A stretch of DNA of 63,319 nt, the filler included, from Chiloscyllium plagiosum (Eukaryota): assembly GCF_004010195.1 (NCBI RefSeq). It is 4 parts of one record of this genome, joined end to end, with 100 filler letters (N's around TTAATTAATTAA, not from the genome) between each part and the next. Parts side by side here need not be neighbours in the genome. Positions count along the whole stretch, not along the records: positions 1 to 23,609 come from NC_057717.1; 3 more parts are not named here. One strand, 5' to 3'. Both the position numbers and the translations under genes were made by a program. Positions within the stretch are counted from its first letter, which is position 1. Each line of letters opens with the position of its first letter. Of this stretch, positions 10,720-23,709 are shown one piece after another. The notes under the pieces were generated by a model, which saw nothing but the letters and a program-made list of their open reading frames with translations, had not been told where the DNA came from and did no database searches.

Positions 10720-13700
10720 ACATAGAAAATAGAGCACAGAACAGTACATCATGCACAGACCCATCGGTCCTCGATGTTGTGCTGGCCTCTTATCCTACTC
10801 TAAGATCAGACTGACGTACTTAATCTTCATTGTAATAAGTTCCATGTGCCTATTCAAGAGTCGCTTCAACGTCCCAAATATGCTGACTCTACTATAAATA
10901 TTGGCAATGCATTCCACGCACCTAAAACTCTTTGAGTAATGAACCTACCCCTGACATCTCTGCTGAACCTTCCTGAAATTACCTTAAAATTGTTCCCTCT
11001 CGTGATAAATATTTTTGCCATGGGAAAAAGTCTCAGTCTATTGTCTCTATGTATGCCTCTCAATATGTTGTACATCTCTATCAAGTCACACGTCATCCTT
11101 ATTCATTGCAACGAGAAAAGTCCTAACTCACACGAACAGACGCCATTCCACATGCCTTGCAGTCCATGCAGCATCCTGGCAATTCTCCTCCGCATCTCTC
11201 GAAGTTTCCACATATTTCCTATAATTTGGCGATCACAACTAAAAACAATATTCGAAGTGTGGTCGAAGGAGGACTATCTCGAACTGTCACATACCCTTGC
11301 GAATCTTAAACGAAGGCCCCCTTTTAATTAAAGCCAACACATCATACGCCATCTGAACAACATTATCAGTCTGCACATGGTCCCCAAGATCCCTCTGTTC
11401 TTCCACACTGACAACAATCCTCCCATTAGCCCTGCATTTTGCATTCAAATTCGATCGTTCAACGTGAATGACGTCACACGTTTCCCGGATGAAGTTTTTC
11501 TGTCACTTATCAGCACAGTTCTGCATAATTTCAATAACTCGTTGCAATCTATTATAGCCTACTCCGCTATCCACACCTGCACCAACCTTTGTGTCATCGG
11601 GAAACTAACTAACCCACTCTTCCGTTCCTCATCCAAGTCATTTATAAAAGTCACAAAGAGCAGATGACCCAAAATCGATCCCTGGAAAACACCACTGTTC
11701 GAACAACACCAGACTGATGACCTTGTATCGGCGACCCCCCTTATCTTCTAAGGATCAACCAATTCTGTATGAAGGCAAACTGCTTTCTCTGTATCCCACG
11801 CCTCTTTAAATTTTGCATAAGTCTACTATGGGAAAACCTATCAAATGCCTTGTGAAAATCGATGCACACGACATCAACTGCTGTACCTTTATCAACGTCT
11901 TTTTTCACGTCCTTAAAGAATTGAAAATGCTTTGTGAGGCATTATCTGCCTCTCAAAAATCCTTTTGTGACTATCTTTAGCCAATCTACGATTTTTCAAG
12001 TAATCATTAACATGCCTCTCAAAAATCTCTCCAAAACCTTATCCCAGCACGGGCGGAAGATTAACTGGCCTGTCACTTCCAGGATTATCCCTATTTCCTT
12101 TCTGGAAAAGAAAACAACATTTTTCACCCTCCAATCATCTGGAACTACTCTAGTGGACAGTGAGGACGCAAAGATCACAGCCAACGGTGCAGGAGTCTCT
12201 TCCCTCAATTTCTCTAGTACCGAAAGATGATGGGAGTTATCTATCCTGATGTTTTCCAAAATTTTCAGCATATCCTCCTTCCTAAGATTGATCTTTTCCA
12301 GCATATCAGTCCGTTTCACGCCGTCTTCAGAAACGTCAAGTTGCTATCATGAAGCAAGGTATTCAGTACGGACCTCAACAATTTCCTCTAAATCGAGGTA
12401 GAAGTTCCCTCCGCTATCCATGATCGCCGCTACCCTCACGCTGGCCATTGTCTTGTTCTTCAAATAACTGGAGAATGTCTGAGGGCGAACCCTTAGTCCT
12501 ACCCACTAAAGCATTCTCATGTCCCCTTCAAGTTCTGCCAAATCCATTCATCGATTCCTTTCCGATTCCCTTTTTATGACTCGAAAGCCCTATCTCATCC
12601 TTCCCTCCTCAACCTGAAGTAAGTTGCCTTCTTCCTTTAGACGAGATATTCTGCATCCCTTGTTAGTGAAGGGCGGCATGGTGGCTTGTGGTTAGCGCTG
12701 CTGCCTCACAGCCCCAAGGACCCGGGTTTAATCCCAGCATTGGGAAACTGTATGTGTGGAGATTACATTTTCTCCTCGTGTATGTGTGGGTTTTCTCCGG
12801 GTGCTACCGTTTCCTCCCTCCCAATGATATGCAGGTAAGTTTAATTGGTCATGTTAAATTGCCTATAGTGTAGATTAGATGTATTAGTCAAGGTTAAATG
12901 TACATTGATATGGCAGGAAATGCGTCTGTGTGGAGTACTCTTCTATGTGAAGGCAGAAGCCGGAGGAAGGGCTTTTTCCAGAAACGCTGATTTTCCTTCT
13001 CCTCGGATGCTTCCTGACCTGCTGTGCTTTTTCAGCACCACTCTAATCTCAACTCTGATTTCTAGCATCAGCTGTCCTCACTTTTTGCCTAATCTTCCGT
13101 GTAGACATGTTGGACCAAATGGCCTGTTTGCAGGGGTTCTATTCTATTCTATGGTTCTTTCAATCTACCATCCCGTTCCTGCCTCAGTGAGATAAACCTG
13201 TTCTGCATCATCTGCAGGTATTTCGCAAACAACCTTCACATTTTGTTTGCATTTCCATGAGAACCTACGAACCGACATTATGCACTCCATTTCCTGCTGT
13301 AGAGCATTGCAATCCTTTGTCTCCGAAATAAATATGTTCCCATACTGTATGCTCCTATCATTCTCCATGTGTACAGTAAAGGTCATAGAATTGTGATTTC
13401 TATTTCCGAAATGTTCTTCCACCAAGTGATCTGATAACTAGCATGGTTCATTGCCAAGCACCACATTCAATTTCGCCTCCATTCTAATCGATCTATCTAC
13501 ATCTTGCAGCAGAAACATTTCTTGTATACATCTGGTAAAAACTGCTTCATCCAAGCTATTTTAGCTAAGTAGATTCCAATCAATATTAAGGAAGCTAATG
13601 TCTCCCAGAAGAACAGTCTTGTTACTTCTGCACATTTCCAAAATCTACCTACCAGACTGCTCCTCGGTGTCCTTGCTGCCATTGCATGGCCTGCAGAAAC

Positions 13701-15350
13701 TCCCAATAAAGTGACTGCTCCTTTGCTGTTTCTAAAGTCCAACTGTACCGATTCTGGAGACAAATCCTACTCGACGACATCCCTTTCTGCAGCTGTGATA
13801 CTATTACTGATTAGAACTGTTCCGCTCTATCTCCTTTACCCAACCCACATTTATTTTGAAAAAAATAATTGGGGGAACATCCAACAAGCATTCCTGCTCC
13901 TGTGATATCCAAGATTCAGTAATGGCCTGACTTCATGTCTTCACGAACCATGCTCTGTGTTCATATTCCTTATTCCTGATACATTTTGCATTAAAATCGA
14001 CATACTTTCAACCATCACACTGACTGCACGTTTGGCCTATCAAGTGCATATCGCGTCTCATATCGCGTCTGCACACTGTATCTGGCTGTTCACTACGCAC
14101 TTCATCATCTAACCAGTAGGTCAGGCTCCCAATAACCCCTGACAATCTAGTTTATACGCTGGCAAACATCTGGCTGAGTATTGGTGCCTCTCCAGTTCAG
14201 TGCACCCTATCGTTCTTGTACAGGACACACCTTTACCAGAAGGTATCCAAACGAACAATGTTCTGAAACCCTCCTTCTTACAATAGCCCTGCAGTCACGT
14301 GCTCATCTGACACTGTATCTGTTGGTAGCCTCACTATCATGTGGCACCGGCTGCAATCCTGATATAACTGCCTAAATCTTCTTGATTTCTCCCTTCCAAC
14401 CTAACCCCCTATTTTTTTCTTCACAGGTCCTCTTCCTTTTCTCCGTCCATGTTATTGGTACAGATGTGTAGCATGAGTTCTGTGTGCTCTCCCTCCACCT
14501 TAAACCTTCACTCGATCCGAGACCTCGCTGATACTGGCACCCGCGAAACAACACAACATCCGGGATTCTCGCTCGTGACCGTAGAAGCTCCTGTCCCTCT
14601 CACGATTGTTTCACCTAACACTATTACTCTCCTATTCCACCCCTCTTCCTTCTGAAATACAGATCCAGGCTCTGTGCCAGAGAACTGGCGTTTGTGTCTT
14701 TCCCCAAGTAGATCATCCCCCCCAACCAGTATCCAAAACAGTAAATTTATTATTGAGGGGAACGTTCACATGATATCTCTGCACTGTTTGCCTATTCCTT
14801 TTCCCACTCTGGATGGTCTGCCATATGCCTTTGTGCCGTAACATAGATGCGACTATCTCCCACAATTCCTCTCTCTCACCCGCTCATGCTTCTGAATGAT
14901 TCGAAATTCATCCTGCTCCAGATCCAGGTCCATAACGTTGTCTGTGAGGAATTGGAGTTGAGTGCACTTCCGTTGCCAAAGTCAACAGGGAAACCTTTGT
15001 TATTTACTAACTCGCACATCCTGCAAAATGAGCAGGCGACCGGCCTGGCCTGCAACGCCTTTGACCTAAATTACCAAAAATAGTTGACTAAATGAAAAAA
15101 AATTAAAATGACTTCCATTCAAGCCTGCACAAACTTTTTTTTGGATCACATGCGTGGCTGGTGGTGGGCACTATGCGTGTAATGTCTCGGGTTTAACCGG
15201 AGCCCAAATGTATCTGTTCCCGAGCGCAGCAATCCCAGTGTCCATGTCCACTCCTGTTTATTCTTAGCTCCGCCTATTCACGAGAAAAAAAGTCACTTCC
15301 TGTCAGTCCCCATTATTCGCTCTCACCACTCCCGCTGCTGCTTCAAATGG
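10720..15350 (-). mobile_element. Near full-length decayed CR1 LINE (5' UTR, ORF1 zinc finger/leucine zipper + SGNH esterase, ORF2 APE-RT, 3' tail)
   Basis: ORF1 relics: ACSFCRMCE..RKCTQLQFLTD..DLDLEQDEFRII (about 14890-15050) and IGTNNMDREKEEDL (about 14430-14465). APE relic: ESVQLDFRNSKGAVTLLGV (13497-13763). RT relics: IDFHKAFDR and FINDLDEE..SFPDDTKVG. C-terminus: FITQRVLGAWNALP. Confidence 0.88.
12670..13165 (+). mobile_element. Decayed V-SINE with nested Penelope-type repeat (about 12955-13086), inside the CR1
   Basis: Head GGGCGGCATGGTGGCTTGTGGTTAGCGCTGCTGCCTCACAG, V-domain, and (TTCTA)n tail. The nested GAAGGGCTTTTTCCAGAAACGCTGATTTTCC...CACCACTCTAATC is homologous to 8925-9010. Confidence 0.82.
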
Positions 15351-15749
15351 AGAACGCTAATTGAACGAGGTCATTCTTTCATGGAAAAAATATCATGTGT
15401 GATTCAAACTGATTTCTCAACTCAACTTGCAAGTCAGCTCTTTGCATTAACATTTTAACTCTTGTTATGCTGTAGCTTAAACAGACAATTTTTAGTGTAC
15501 ACCACAGGCGAAATGAAATACATATATAAAACAATTTTAAGTCTTTCTTTCTTCGGAGAACAACCCTTTGATTTTCAGAGGTGTTATTCTCAACAGTGTA
15601 ATTTTAATAAACTCTTCCATGCCAGAATTGAATGTCTGGATCTAAAGTGAATACGTTGTTCCTTTTATCCCAGGATGACAGCGCAGACGAGTCGATCGAT
15701 TGTATTGTTTCTTTGGAATGAGGCGTCAGTTTTCTGTGCTCCTTACAAC

Positions 15750-15995
15750 GGCCTGTGAACGCATCCCCACGCTGTGCTCACAGCACCAGCCCCGAACGCA
15801 TCCCCCCACTATGCTCGCAGAAACGGCTGAAAAGCCAACTCCACCGTTACCATCGCAAAGGCCAGTGAAAACACTCTGACTCTATGCTCCGAGCAACGAT
15901 CTGTGAGCGCATTCTGACTCTGTGCTCCGAGAAAAGGTCTCCGAATTCATCCCAATTCTGTTTCCCGAGCAATGACAGCAAACTCTCCCCACTGA
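15750..15995. repeat. Degenerate minisatellite, about 38-bp period, about 6 units
   Basis: Recurring GAACGCATCCCC..CT(G/A)TGCTC and CTCTGACTCT(A/G)TGCTCCGAG units. Confidence 0.6.
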
Positions 15996-16253
15996 GGAAA
16001 AGGCGACCATGAGCCAAAAGAGAGAAAAAGAGATTGGGAGTTTCAGAGATTCTAAGAGTGAGGGAGTGTGAAGAAAATGAGAATGTGTGGGCAAAACCAG
16101 AGGAGAAAACAAGGACAGAATGGCTGAAACCAGTTCCTGAACCCTCCCGTTCCCTGAGGACCAGGATGTGAGGCAGAGTCTCTCTCTAACACAGCTTCTT
16201 CAACACAAGACAAAAAGCAATATATTTCACTCTGGCACTTGTTCATGAACATT

Positions 16254-16259
16254 TTTATT
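16254..16259 (-). promoter_or_regulatory. Candidate polyadenylation signal of the GPCR pseudogene
   Basis: AATAAA on the minus strand about 180 nt past the ORF end, followed by the U/GU-rich element TTGCTTTTTGTCTTGTGTT. Confidence 0.45.
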
Positions 16260-16431
16260 ATTTACACATTGAGGTTATGAAGTCAGTGTATTTCGTGCTT
16301 TTTTTTTACAGGTACCTAATTTGAGACAAACATTTAAATGTGTCTTTGTAACACCACCTCCCTCCCCACCCCCCCACCCCCACCCCAACCCCCGTGGAGG
16401 ATAAAGTTGAACTACACTTACTCTGTTATCA

Positions 16432-17707
16432 TCACAACAGAAAGCCTCGCTTCTGAAACGTTGAATTGAAATGGGAAAATCCGGGATGGAATGACTCAGG
16501 AGTGAACTTGATTTCTTGATGAAGTTGGGTAACGAGATATTTCCGCACATTCTTCAAGTACTGTCTGAGCGTAGTCTGGGTCATGGCATAAAATGTGATG
16601 TTTGCGCAGCAACTGAGGAGCTGCAGCATGAACCCCATTTCCTGTACAATCCAATCTACTTGCACCGAATAATACTACAAATCAATCATCCGCGTCCACA
16701 TAGAATACACCATTAATGTTGACCATTGCAGGATGAAACTGGCCCCGATCACAAACATTAAAATGACGGATTCTTTGCGGTTTTTCATTTCTATGTCACA
16801 CTGAGCGTCCCGAGTCTCCCGCGGACTATGCTGGTCACTAAAATGTGTCTGACGGTGAAAATATTCGACAGCAGAATTAAGAGAAATTCGACAGCCGCGT
16901 TTAGAATTTGTGCAGTACCGAAATTACGATTCAGGCACGGCAGAAACGAACATTGTATAACACATCACAAAACTAAGGCTCGTTCACCAGCAAATACCAA
17001 AATGTGAGCATAAAATACTAGAAATTATCCTTAGAGCAGCTCAGCACAGTTGCTGGTCCCAAAACCGCAGCCGCAGTTATCTCACTGTCATACTTACTTT
17101 TCAGCATCTGACACGAAATGTTCACAAATCGATGAAAGGTGAAAGAGACAGTGAACCACAGAACAGTCCGTGGCTGCANNNNNNNNNNNNNNNNNNNNNN
17201 NNNNNNNNNNNNNNNNNNNNNNNNNNNNNNNNNNNNNNNNNNNNNNNNNNNNNNNNNNNNNNNNNNNNNNNNNNNNNNNNNNNNNNNNNNNNNNNNNNNN
17301 NNNNNNNNNNNNNNNNNNNNNNNNNNNNNNNNNNNNNNNNNNNNNNNNNNNNNNNNNNNNNNNNNNNNNNNNNNNNNNNNNNNNNNNNNNNNNNNNNNNN
17401 NNNNNNNNNNNNNNNNNNNNNNNNNNNNNNNNNNNNNNNNNNNNNNNNNNNNNNNNNNNNNNNNNNNNNNNNNNNNNNNNNNNNNNNNNNNNNNNNNNNN
17501 NNNNNNNNNNNNNNNNNNNNNNNNNNNNNNNNNNNNNNNNNNNNNNNNNNNNNNNNNNNNNNNNNNNNNNNNNNNNNNNNNNNNNNNNNNNNNNNNNNNN
17601 NNNNNNNNNNNNNNNNNNNNNNNNNNNNNNNNNNNNNNNNNNNNNNNNNNNNNNNNNNNNNNNNNNNNNNNNNNNNNNTGGTCATACATTGTAGTCATGT
17701 TCGTCAT
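16432..17707 (-). pseudogene. GPR139/GPR142-like rhodopsin-class GPCR pseudogene (TM3-TM7 visible; TM1-2 in gap 17179-17678)
   Basis: Manual translation: AATDCSV/WFTVSFTFHRFVNISCQMLKSKYDSEITAAAVLGPATVLSCSKDNF*YFMLTFWYLLVNEP*FCDVLYNVRFCRA*IVISVLHK/ILNAAVEFLLILLSNIFTVRHILVTSIVRGRL/..DIEMKNRKESVILMFVIGASFILQWSTLMVYSMWTRMIDL*YYSVQVDWIVQEMGFMLQLLSCCANITFYAMTQTTLRQYLKNVRKYLVT. It has four stops and about three frameshifts. Putative N-terminus NNSMTNMTTMYD beyond the gap. Confidence 0.88.
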
Positions 17708-18299
17708 GCTGTTGTTCCTCAGTATATGGATCCAGGTCGCCTCTTTCTACAATTGGTGTGAACGTGGTTTGGTGGCTCATGGAATTTTCCTGCTTCTTTT
17801 GTGACAGTTTGAGACGATGTAGGTTCCCGTCATTTCTCCTCCAAGGCTTTAGATGCTGAACCGTCTCCTACTGCATTCCTGGAATGCGATTGTGGGAATA
17901 ATTGCTTTTCTCGTGTTCCCATGTAAAGGACAGGTGAATTAACTCCTCTTGTTCTAAGAGGAAGGGAGCACACTTTTGAAGTACCGGGTTTGATGGTTGG
18001 AGAGGATTTGAGGATTACTTTCCAGCAAGAGGGCGTCTACAATACGCTGGTGATACGTTAATTGCTTCGAGTATTGTCACAAAAGTAAAAAGTGATTGGA
18101 CATTCACGTGAAGTTTCATAATCTTCAAGGCTACAGGACGTGTATAAGAAATTGGGACTCATGAAGATAGTGGTGTATTTCTGACGGTACAGAGTCTATG
18201 TTTCGGTGAATATATGCTTGTGGCGGGTTCATCATTGAGCTGCATAACACAGAAGTGGATGGGTTTCTAAACACTATATTAGCAAGTGTTATAAAGGTG

Positions 18300-19800
18300 A
18301 ACTGCAATCGGTTATGAGAGTATGCTTCAGGAAAAAGCTAAAAGAATACAAGTGCAGCTTCCTTGCAGTTTGAAAGTAGAGAAGGGAGAAGAAGAATATG
18401 CCACAGTATGAAGCAAATACTTCAATTCTGTTATAAAATAAAACAAAACAATTTGAAAAATATTTTCCAGAAATACTAGGAAATTTAATTTTGATGAGAA
18501 AATGAGAATAGAATGAAATTAATAAAAAAAATGACTTTTCAGATATTAATGGGACTTAGATGGGCTGAGACAAAGCCAATGTACATCTCTGAAAAAGGAA
18601 TTGCCTTTGTGAAATCGACATGACGACACATTATGGAGAATCGATTGAGACTCTGCGTTTGGATTTTCAAAAATAACCATTTGATGAAGTGCTAAGCCTA
18701 TCGTGCAACACCAAATTTTATGGGTTAGGGCCAGTATTTGGACATGGTTTCAGAGTGGGATAGCTGACAGGAAACTGGGAGTAGGAATGAAACGATTTTA
18801 TGTTTGCAGGGGAACAGAACGCTCATGGGATACCGCAGGGATTTTTGCTTGGGCCTCAGTTTACACAATATGCATCAACTGTTTTGTTAAGGGAATCAAA
18901 TGCAATTTTTCCCAATCTGCTGACGGTACTAAACTACAACGGATGTTAGAGGTAAAAAAGGATTTTAAAACTTTCAAGGTGATTGAGAGAAGGAGGAGGA
19001 ATAGGCAAGTAAACGGCAGATGGAGAGCAATGAGGATAGCTGTGACGTTGTGTAATTTTATGGGAAAATGGCATGGAAGCTATTTGAAAAGGGAATGGTT
19101 GAAAAATATTGATTTTGAAGTTACTCACATTCACTCTTCTTTATTTATTTCTGGGCTGAACTCTGTGATCCATGAAACCAGGAAGCAATACTGAGAATGG
19201 AATTGAGATACCAATCAGTATACTTAGATACTCAATGTGATTAACTGCAACATTGAAACTGAGCAAGATATCATTGCATACCAGTCACTAAAAGCACTAT
19301 TGTAGAGACCGAGAGCAGTTCGGAAGATAATTCGTGTGTTGACCTTCATTTCAAGGGATTTAATTACAGGAGTAAGATTTCTGTACGACAACTGTACAGG
19401 GCCTTGGTGAAACTTCATTTCGAACATTGTGCAGCAATGTGTACAGTTTTAGTCTCCTTCAGCAATAAAAGTCAAACCTGACATTGAGGAAGTGCAAGAA
19501 GGATGACCAGAGTGGCCTCAGGAATGGCAGGCTTATTGTGTGAGCAGAGTTTGCGTCGAGTGGGCATGTATACCATTAGGTTTCGGAAAATGAGTGGAAA
19601 TATGAGTGACATATGTAAAACCCTGCGATGGTGAGACAGATTGGAAGCAGGGACGATAATTCCACTGGGTGGGACATCTTAAACAATGGACTACAGTATT
19701 AGCTACAGGCAGGACACTCTGCATTGAGATGAGAAAAAGTGTGACCACACAGAGACTGAAAACACGGGGAATGCTCTATCACATAAACCCGTGGAATAGA
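18300..19800 (+). mobile_element. Old, highly decayed CR1/L2-type LINE RT fragment
   Basis: Relics LDFQK..FDEV, GIPQG..LGPQF, FSQSADGTKL, QLYRALVKLHFEHC. Confidence 0.7.
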
Positions 19801-20189
19801 AAGCGCTGAAGATAAAGTAGGATATAAAACATCAGCCAGCATCATCTTAAATGGGGAAAAAACCCAATGGACCAAATGGGCTTCTGCATTCAAGTGGCCA
19901 GTCACAAGAAACGATATGTATATTATGAGAGAGGCGTCTGGGAGACGTTCGGCCATGAACGAGAATTGGGCGGTCAATATGTTCAAAGATCTACTTCGTT
20001 TTTGTGTAGTCTGTGTGAAAGCTTTGCCAATGTTGCCACAAGATCTCAGATGTTTAGGCGGATACATCTGCAGGGTTGACAGGACTGTGTTTCCCGTTTA
20101 CGTTTCTGATACCAAGAGTGGGGGCAGGGGTTCTGTTCCGTGATATGCATTATGTCCTCGGAGCAGGTTGCTAAAATTGTGTAATTGGC

Positions 20190-20480
20190 TTCGTCCTTCC
20201 AGCGACCATTGAAGAGTTTATCGCATGTCTCTGTGGGTGGAGTCATGTTTAGGCCAGATCGGAACAGGAAAGGACGGTAGATTTGCTTTGTGAAAGCACA
20301 TTGGTGAAGTAAATTGCTCGTTATAATCGATATTCACTTCACGATTACTATTACTGATAACTGATTTTAGAACTCAATACTTTATTTCATGCTTTTTAAC
20401 TTGCACCAGTTCCCAGAGCATTATCCTTGTCTGGAATGGTAAGCCAGTGACATTTGCGCACCGGCACCACCATCTCCACT
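20190..20480 (-). mobile_element. Decayed Deu-domain (SacSINE1-like) SINE
   Basis: Resembles the shark SINE motif ...GTGGGT..GGAGTCA..TAGGCCAGA..AAGGA.GG.AG.TT.C.T...AAAG.ACATT.GTGAA as recalled; very diverged. Confidence 0.4.
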
Positions 20481-21419
20481 TGGAAACCTATCCAAAAACA
20501 GACAGAGCCAATTATTTCAGCTTGACAGTTCTGCGAAAAAAAACTCTTACAATTTTTCTACCGTGGTGGGCTGAGGCGTGATCATTAGTCAAATTGTAAT
20601 TATTCCCCTCTTAGCAATAATTCTTATCCGCTTAGCAGACAGGATATAGTTGAGTAATTTTCCTCAATACCAGGCAGATGTCAGAGTTAGAGCTGGAATG
20701 AAAATGTTTCCTCAGGGGCACGGCTTCTTGTGCGGCACAGTTCTTCTGTCCTCTTAAAAGAATGGTTTCATTGCCCATTGCCTTTGTCTCTTTTAATGTC
20801 ATGTGCATAGAATCAACTTGGTTATAGACTGACATCTGTGATTCTGCAGACTTCATGATGCGGGTAAAATGGATAATCGATTCAATACTGCAGAATTGTG
20901 CAGATACGACATCTTTGTCTTTTATATTGATGTGCATGGCTCTTCTTTTATTTAAAAGTGAGATGTTGGGTGGAGATGTCCCCTCCAATGAGTCGACAAT
21001 AACAATTTATAAATGTCTTCATAGCTTAATCTGATCTGTTGATTTTGGGATCATTTTGCTGTCTCTGTCGGATGTAAATACTGCTATTTGTAATGCACGC
21101 TGTCAAGTGTTGTTGAACTAACCTGTTGTCATCAGTTTTAGGTTCACGTGGTTCTGAACCTGGCATGTTCACCCACATTCATCACTGAACCATCAATCCA
21201 CTTCAAGGTAATGGTAGACGCAGGGATTGTCCATGGCAAAACTTGTGGTTGATTTCAATTCTGCTTCCCCTTTTCCTGTGTTCTACAGTGAAACATCAGT
21301 ATCAGGAAAGCTGTATTCAGGAAATTAGGAGACTTAGATCATTGAAAGTACATGAAGAGTTTTCAGGTTTGGAAATTAATTGAGGGTTCCAAATATTTGG
21401 TGATGGAGGAGTTGTGACA

Positions 21420-23500
21420 GTTACAGAGCCTTAGAGACATACAGAATGGAAACGGACCCTTCACACCATGCCAAGAGGTTTCTTAAACTGAACTAGTATC
21501 ATGTGCCCACATTTAATCCATGTCCCTCAAAACATTTCCTAGCCATGCACCTGTCCAAATGTCTGTCAAACGTTGTCATGGTTCTCACCTCTATAATTTC
21601 TCTGACATTTTGTTCCATATACTCACCACGCTGTTTGAGAATGATTTGCAGTTCAAGTTCCTTTGGAATCTATTCCATTTCTTCTTTATGCTATGGACTC
21701 TAGTTTTAAACTTCTCCAACCAGTGGAAAAAGACGTTGGTTATTCACTACATCCAAGATCCTCATGATTTGGTAAACCTCTATCATGCCACCCATCATCC
21801 TCTAAGGCAAGAGGGTGTAAAGTATATGCCTGTCCTTAAAACTGAAAACTTTCGGTCTCATTCAGTAACATCATTATTAATATTTTTGAAAAATTTATTT
21901 GGTAAACCTCTATCATGCCACCCATCATCCTCTAAGGCAAGAGGGTGTAAAGTATATGCCTGTCCTTAAAACTGAAAACTTTCGGTCTCATTCAGTAACA
22001 TCATTATTAATATTTTTGAAAAATTTCCAGTTCATTAAATTCCTTCCCAAAGCAGAGCGATGAGAATTTCACAGAGTAGTAGAAAAGTAGCTTAACCATT
22101 GTCATACAGAGCCAGAACACAATATCTTCATGCCTGTACTCAATGCTTTTACAGATAAAGGCAAGTAGTCCAGATATCATACTCACTAACCAAATTTTCT
22201 ATGACTCAAATTTCATGGAACTTTGTATTTCATCGCTGGGTCTCCAAATGCGACAACACTCTCCAGCTCTCTACTAACAACTTTGCAAACCGTGCAGCAC
22301 CTCACATTTATTTCCTTTAAAATCTATTTGGTATTCATCGGCCCACTGGCCCAGTTGGTAAAGATCTCATTGTCAACTATACAACCAATTTTGACGCCAA
22401 CTAACGGTCCATACTGCCTCTATTCTCATCCAAATCATTTGAATGAATAGTGAACAGCAGTGGACCCAGCAAACGTCCTTGTGGCACAATGCTGCTCAGA
22501 GGGCTCCAGCCGAAAAATCACACTGTCTCCTATCACACACTGTCTCCGACCGTCAAGCGAATTTTGTATCCAATTAATTAGGTCTTCCGGATCTCATATG
22601 ATGTTCCCACACCATCCGATATACCACGCAGAAACTTCTTTTTAGCCTTGATAAAGTTCAAGTAGACAACGTCAACCACTCTGTATTTATGTCATGGTTA
22701 CCTCCTCCAAAACTCAATCAGGTTTGTGAAAAATGATTTCCTATGCACAACGTTATGCCGATTATTCATTATCAGCCTTTACGTTTCTAAGTGCATCTAG
22801 ATCTTATCTCACAGAATTATATTCAACAACTTTTCTTAGAACTTACGATATGCCCATGGATTTTTAGTTCCCATCTATTTCCCTGCCGCGTTTCTTAAAT
22901 AATGGCAACACATTATCCACCATTCAGTCTTCCATTTCATCGCCTACGGCTGTCAATGATACAAATATTTCTGCATGGTGCCACGCAAAGTCTTCTATAG
23001 GTTCCCACAGGCTCCTATGATACATTTAATCTGGTCTCCGGGTTGAATCGACCTTATTTTGCATTTTAATTCATCCAGCACCTCCACTCTGTAACGTGAA
23101 ATATTTTCTAAACACCACAATTTATTTCCCTGAACTTCCAGAGTTTCCGTGCCGTTCTCCACAGTAAATACTGACGCAAAATATTTGTTGACGGTCGTAC
23201 CAGCTCCTCAAGTTCCACATATTTGTGGGCTGTATTCACTCCCGAGATATTCTTTTGCCCGTAATATACTTTCAAATTATTTTCGGATTATCATTTAATT
23301 TATCTGCCAAAGCTATCTTATGTTCCAATTTTGATCTCCCCATTTCCGTCTAAATCATATTCAAGTACCCGCTACACCGCTCAAGGGGTTGACTGGTCCT
23401 GCTATTCATTAGTGACATATGCCTCCTTATTCCATTCTTGACCAGAGCCTCAATGTCTCTGGTCATGCAGTGTTCCCTACGCCTGATCTTCACACAAATA
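21420..23500 (-). mobile_element. Decayed CR1 LINE ORF2 fragment with 3' tail
   Basis: Reverse strand shows VDVVYLNFIKA, VPQGRLLGPLLFT and TNLIEF relics; 3' end ...GAAGGGTCCGTTTCCATTCTGTATGTCTCT. Confidence 0.78.
21771..22026. repeat. Near-perfect 130-bp tandem duplication
   Basis: 21771-21896 is repeated identically at 21901-22026 (GGTAAACCTCTATCATGCC...GAAAAATTT). Confidence 0.95.
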
Positions 23501-23609
23501 TATTTCCTTGGTGCGTACATGGTGCTATCACCACTGGTTCTGCCGACGGCACAAGATGGACACAGGGAAGGTGATTATGAAGCAAAACACATCAGGAACT
23601 GATTCTGAG

Positions 23610-23709
23610 NNNNNNNNNNNNNNNNNNNNNNNNNNNNNNNNNNNNNNNNNNNNTTAATTAATTAANNNNNNNNNNNNNNNNNNNNNNNNNNNNNNNNNNN
23701 NNNNNNNNN
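23610..23709. other. Artificial scaffold linker (44N-TTAATTAATTAA-44N)
   Basis: Exactly 100 nt with a stop-in-all-frames 12-mer; identical to 37056-37155 and 59935-60034. Confidence 0.97.

Larger units (their letters stand above)
1..14500. repeat. Left arm of inverted segmental duplication (partner 23710-36829)
   Basis: Colinear reverse-complement match. Paired ORF translations are nearly identical: 896-1237/35596-35937, 4049-4363/32194-32508, 10378-10587/27612-27821, 13497-13763/24420-24686. Confidence 0.95.

Noticed and set aside
20632..20988. 118-aa minus-strand ORF
   Set aside because: No ATG at the listed start, no recognisable domain and no supporting splice structure.
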